Positions 58,987 to 64,000 of a DNA stretch of 64,000 bases are shown one piece after another. A program made the translations under genes and the position numbers. How positions within the stretch are numbered: position 1 is the stretch's first letter; every line of letters starts with the position of its first letter. The notes under the pieces are model-generated. The model did no database searches. It was not told the origin of the DNA and saw nothing but the letters and a program-made list of their open reading frames with translations. This DNA is from Eledone cirrhosa (lineage: Eukaryota): positions 8,618,001-8,682,000 of the forward strand of contig OZ024758.1 in NCBI GenBank assembly GCA_964016885.1, read 5' to 3'.

Positions 58987-59429
58987 TGTGTATGTGATAG
59001 AGAGAGTGTGTATACGTGTTGTTTGTGTGTGCGTGCATGTAGATGTGTGTATGTGTGTTTATTTGTTTGTGTCTGTCTATGTGTGTGTGTGTGTGTGTAT
59101 GTGTGTATAGCGTATTTTCAAGAGAAAAACTATATTCATATCTAATACATAAAACTACAGAGAGTACGAGATTATGAAATACTCTCTTGTACTTTTATGA
59201 TAGTTTATTCACTCCGTTCGTATGCCACCGTCCAGCATTCTGGAAGGTACTTATTAAAAGTTTGATATTTGGTAAAGAAAAATCTCTGACCCCTAAGCTA
59301 GATAATTTATAAAATGTTTTATTTTTAGTATGAGAATTTTTTTCAACTGTGCTTAACTTCATGGATCTTTTTACCTGTGTGACTTGTACCACTTAGATAC
59401 ACAAATATTCAGCCATCTTATATAAAGAT

Positions 59430-60060
59430 GAACTCCTGCAACGTCATCTGGTTCACACTTCATTTTTGTTTCTTATATTCTAACTCGAATGTTGTTAAAA
59501 CATCCAAGATAAGTATTTCTAAATCAACCACTGCAACAAAAACTATTTAGGAGAAGCAGCCAGAAACTGAGTAACAGCTTTGCTCATTACATGAAAAATC
59601 CTAAAACACGTAAACCAACAAAATTAACTGATACTAACTTCACAGGCAGAAATACAAATGCCCGGCTCTTCAAACGGCCATGCCGAACCTCCCGTATATC
59701 TTGTGGAGGTTGCACGCACCAAACTAAATTTTAAAATAGTGCGTAAACACTATGTGGATACAGTGAAAGGTGGATGTAAACATCGTCAGCGCAATCATAC
59801 TTCTTCCTTAAGATGCAGAGAAAAGAGGAAGTCAACTATAGTATCCAATTATATCTGGAATTTTAAAGAACAACATACTGATTTTCATGTGAAATGGAAG
59901 ACCCTAGAGCGATGCAGAACATATAGAAACGGAATAAGATGTGATTTATGTACAGCATATGGAAATTTATCTAAATACAAGATCAATGTATTTTACCAAA
60001 TTCCACCATATTGTAAATTGAAAAATATTGGAAAATTTCACCACTAGAGGTTTAAATAAA
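59430..60060 (+). mobile_element. Degenerate Neptune-type Penelope-like element fragment (linker plus GIY-YIG endonuclease)
   Basis: CNVIWF, DKYF*INH..KLFRRSSQKLSNS, then ORF 59658..60047 VYLVEV..HYVDTVKGGCKHRQRNHTSSLR..KSTIVSNYIWNFKE..VKWKTLE..YRNG.RCDLC. Confidence 0.8.
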
Positions 60061-60181
60061 TCGTCACTAAACTATAAAATACGCTCTTTATTTCGTAACC
60101 TCCGATTCTTTATATTTTGGACATAACCTTTAATTACATTAGCGTTTAGTTTTAACGACTATAATTTTCTATGACTCTGTC

Positions 60182-60383
60182 TAGGAGGGTCGACTGAAAG
60201 GTTAATTGGCTGACTATGAAGGAGTGATGCTAGAGCTGTGAAATCTTGCATGCATTAATTTCAACTCTTCTTATCAATAACTGCATTGTTTCTTTCCAGG
60301 GACTATGTTGAAAAATAAACCCCATTTGGTCATTCCATGAGAGTACCTTGGTCAACCGCTGAACATTTCAGCCGACACTCGTA
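60182..60383. mobile_element. Mariner-type MITE (partial second copy at 60657-60764)
   Basis: Reverse-oriented homolog of 15458-15662 with degenerate TIRs and TA flanks. Confidence 0.8.
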
Positions 60384-60399
60384 GGACATATATATATAT

Positions 60400-60655
60400 A
60401 TGCTATACTATACTGTGCTATACTATACCATACTATACCATACTATACTATACCATACTATGCTATACTATAATATACTATACTATAATATACCATACTA
60501 TACTATAATATACTATACCATACCGCATTACACTATACTATGCTATACTATACCATACTATACTATACCATATCATACTATACTGTACTATACTATACCA
60601 TATCATACTATACTATACGTTACCATACCATACCATACTATACTATACTATACTG
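60400..60655. repeat. (TATAC/CATAC)n pentanucleotide repeat
   Basis: Direct reading. Confidence 0.9.
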
Positions 60656-61191
60656 TAATAACTGCATTGCTTTGTTTCCAGGGACTATGTTAATAAAGTA
60701 CCTCATTTGGTCATTCCATGAGAGTATCTTGGTCAGTCTATGAACCGTTCAGCCAGCCCTAGTATAATGGGAATCTTCCCATTATTAACTTTATAAATAT
60801 TTCTATACACTTCATATTTGTTTTATTTCAACTATAATTTCATTATTCCTTTTTGTCCATAAATCTTTCCAATTCCTCACAAACCAACAAGCTGTATACA
60901 ATGCATAACACCCGTTATCTCAAATAATTATTTCTACTTTTGGCACAAGGCCAACAATTATTTCAGTGTATTACTGGTACTTTATTTTATCGAGCCCGCA
61001 AGGAACCAGCCGACATTACCGCAAGTCAATTTATATGTTGGGATTTTCTTCAAGAGAAGGATAACTTACACTTCCATGAAGTTACGATGGAGTTTATCTA
61101 TAGCGGAGAATGTCACATATTTAAAATCTGATATATCTGTGTGAGTTGCTTTTGTTGTGTGTGTGAGTACGTGTGTATACACACACACACG

Positions 61192-61318
<127 letters not shown>

Positions 61319-61390
61319 TCGCTCATAGAAAGAATCAAGTCGCGTATATATATATATTTGTATATATATATATATTTGTATATATATTGG

Positions 61391-61463
<73 letters not shown>

Positions 61464-61933
61464 TTGTATATATATATATATATATATTTGTATATATATA
61501 TATCTATATTTGTATATTTGTATGTATATATATATATATATATATTTGTATATATATATATTTGTATATATATATATTTGTATATATATATATATACATA
61601 TATATATGTATATATATTTGTATGTATATCTATATATTTATATATATATAAATATATATATATTTGTATATATATATATATATATATATATTTGTATGTA
61701 TATCTATATATTTGTATACACATATATACATACATACATACATACATATAGGGGGGGGGGGGCAACATACAAATATATAGATAGATAAATAGTTCGGTTT
61801 TGTGTATGAGCGCCATTGAGAGCGATTCTGTGACATTTTATCGGCTTTAAGCCCAGCAGTTGATACATGATGTGTGAGCCTGGTCACCTAGTTGAGCGGT
61901 TACATGGATTTCTACAGACCTACTTCTATGTTG

Positions 61934-63410
<1,477 letters not shown>

Positions 63411-63658
63411 GGTGATTTAACAGGGATTCCTGGTGTGTGTTTTGTTGTGTTTTTTTTTTGTCTGTGCATGCGTGTGTATGTGTGAGCATGTGTGCGTGCG
63501 TGTGTAAATGTGTGTATATACTTAATGCGTATTCATCGATGCATGGCAATGCTGCTGCTTTCTATGTATGTATGTATGAAAATATGTATGTATGTATGTA
63601 TATATATGTATATATGTATATATATATATATATATGTGTGTGTGTATATATATATATG

Positions 63659-63725
<67 letters not shown>

Positions 63726-63730
63726 GTATA

Positions 63731-63842
<112 letters not shown>

Positions 63843-63903
63843 CCTAGACTGCACGATACGTTAGATGTGTAGATGTTTTTATTTTGCCCATGGGAAACAA
63901 AGT

Positions 63904-63937
<34 letters not shown>

Positions 63938-64000
63938 TGGGAAAAGAGTGAGAGAGAGAGAGTCGGGAGAGAGGGAATGGGAAAAGAGAGAGAGAGAGAG

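Noticed and set aside
61800-61925. RTE C-terminal peptide ([10 protein letters not shown]) on the minus strand
   Set aside because: Too short and frameshifted to call.

Overview
AT-rich, microsatellite-saturated eukaryotic DNA. The SINE repertoire (CORE-type and Meta-domain-like tRNA SINEs) suggests an octopus genome, which is an inference. No intact protein-coding gene is supportable: nearly all listed ORFs are translations of (TA)n, (CA)n, (TACA)n or minisatellite tracts. The non-simple sequence is mostly mobile-element debris: a fragmented R4/Dong-like RLE LINE, two degenerate Neptune-type Penelope-like (PLE) coding fragments with GIY-YIG signatures, bipartite RTE-like elements in (TACA)n, SINEs, mariner and hAT MITEs, a non-autonomous Helitron and several minisatellites, one of which arose inside a SINE. 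The most striking structure is a large set of short elements from about ten distinct families, each embedded in (TA)n and often built as a long inverted repeat. Many of them fold by eye into type I hammerhead ribozymes (CUGANGA...GAAA...NUH), with about ten complete, canonical-core copies. They show covarying palindromic helix III sequences, a U3-A8 core variant and recurrent U.U closure of helix II. This fits PLE pLTR remnants with (TA)n-targeted insertion. A possible promoter (about 28.0-28.3 kb) and a few orphan exon candidates are low-confidence. All folds and alignments were done by eye, not computed.
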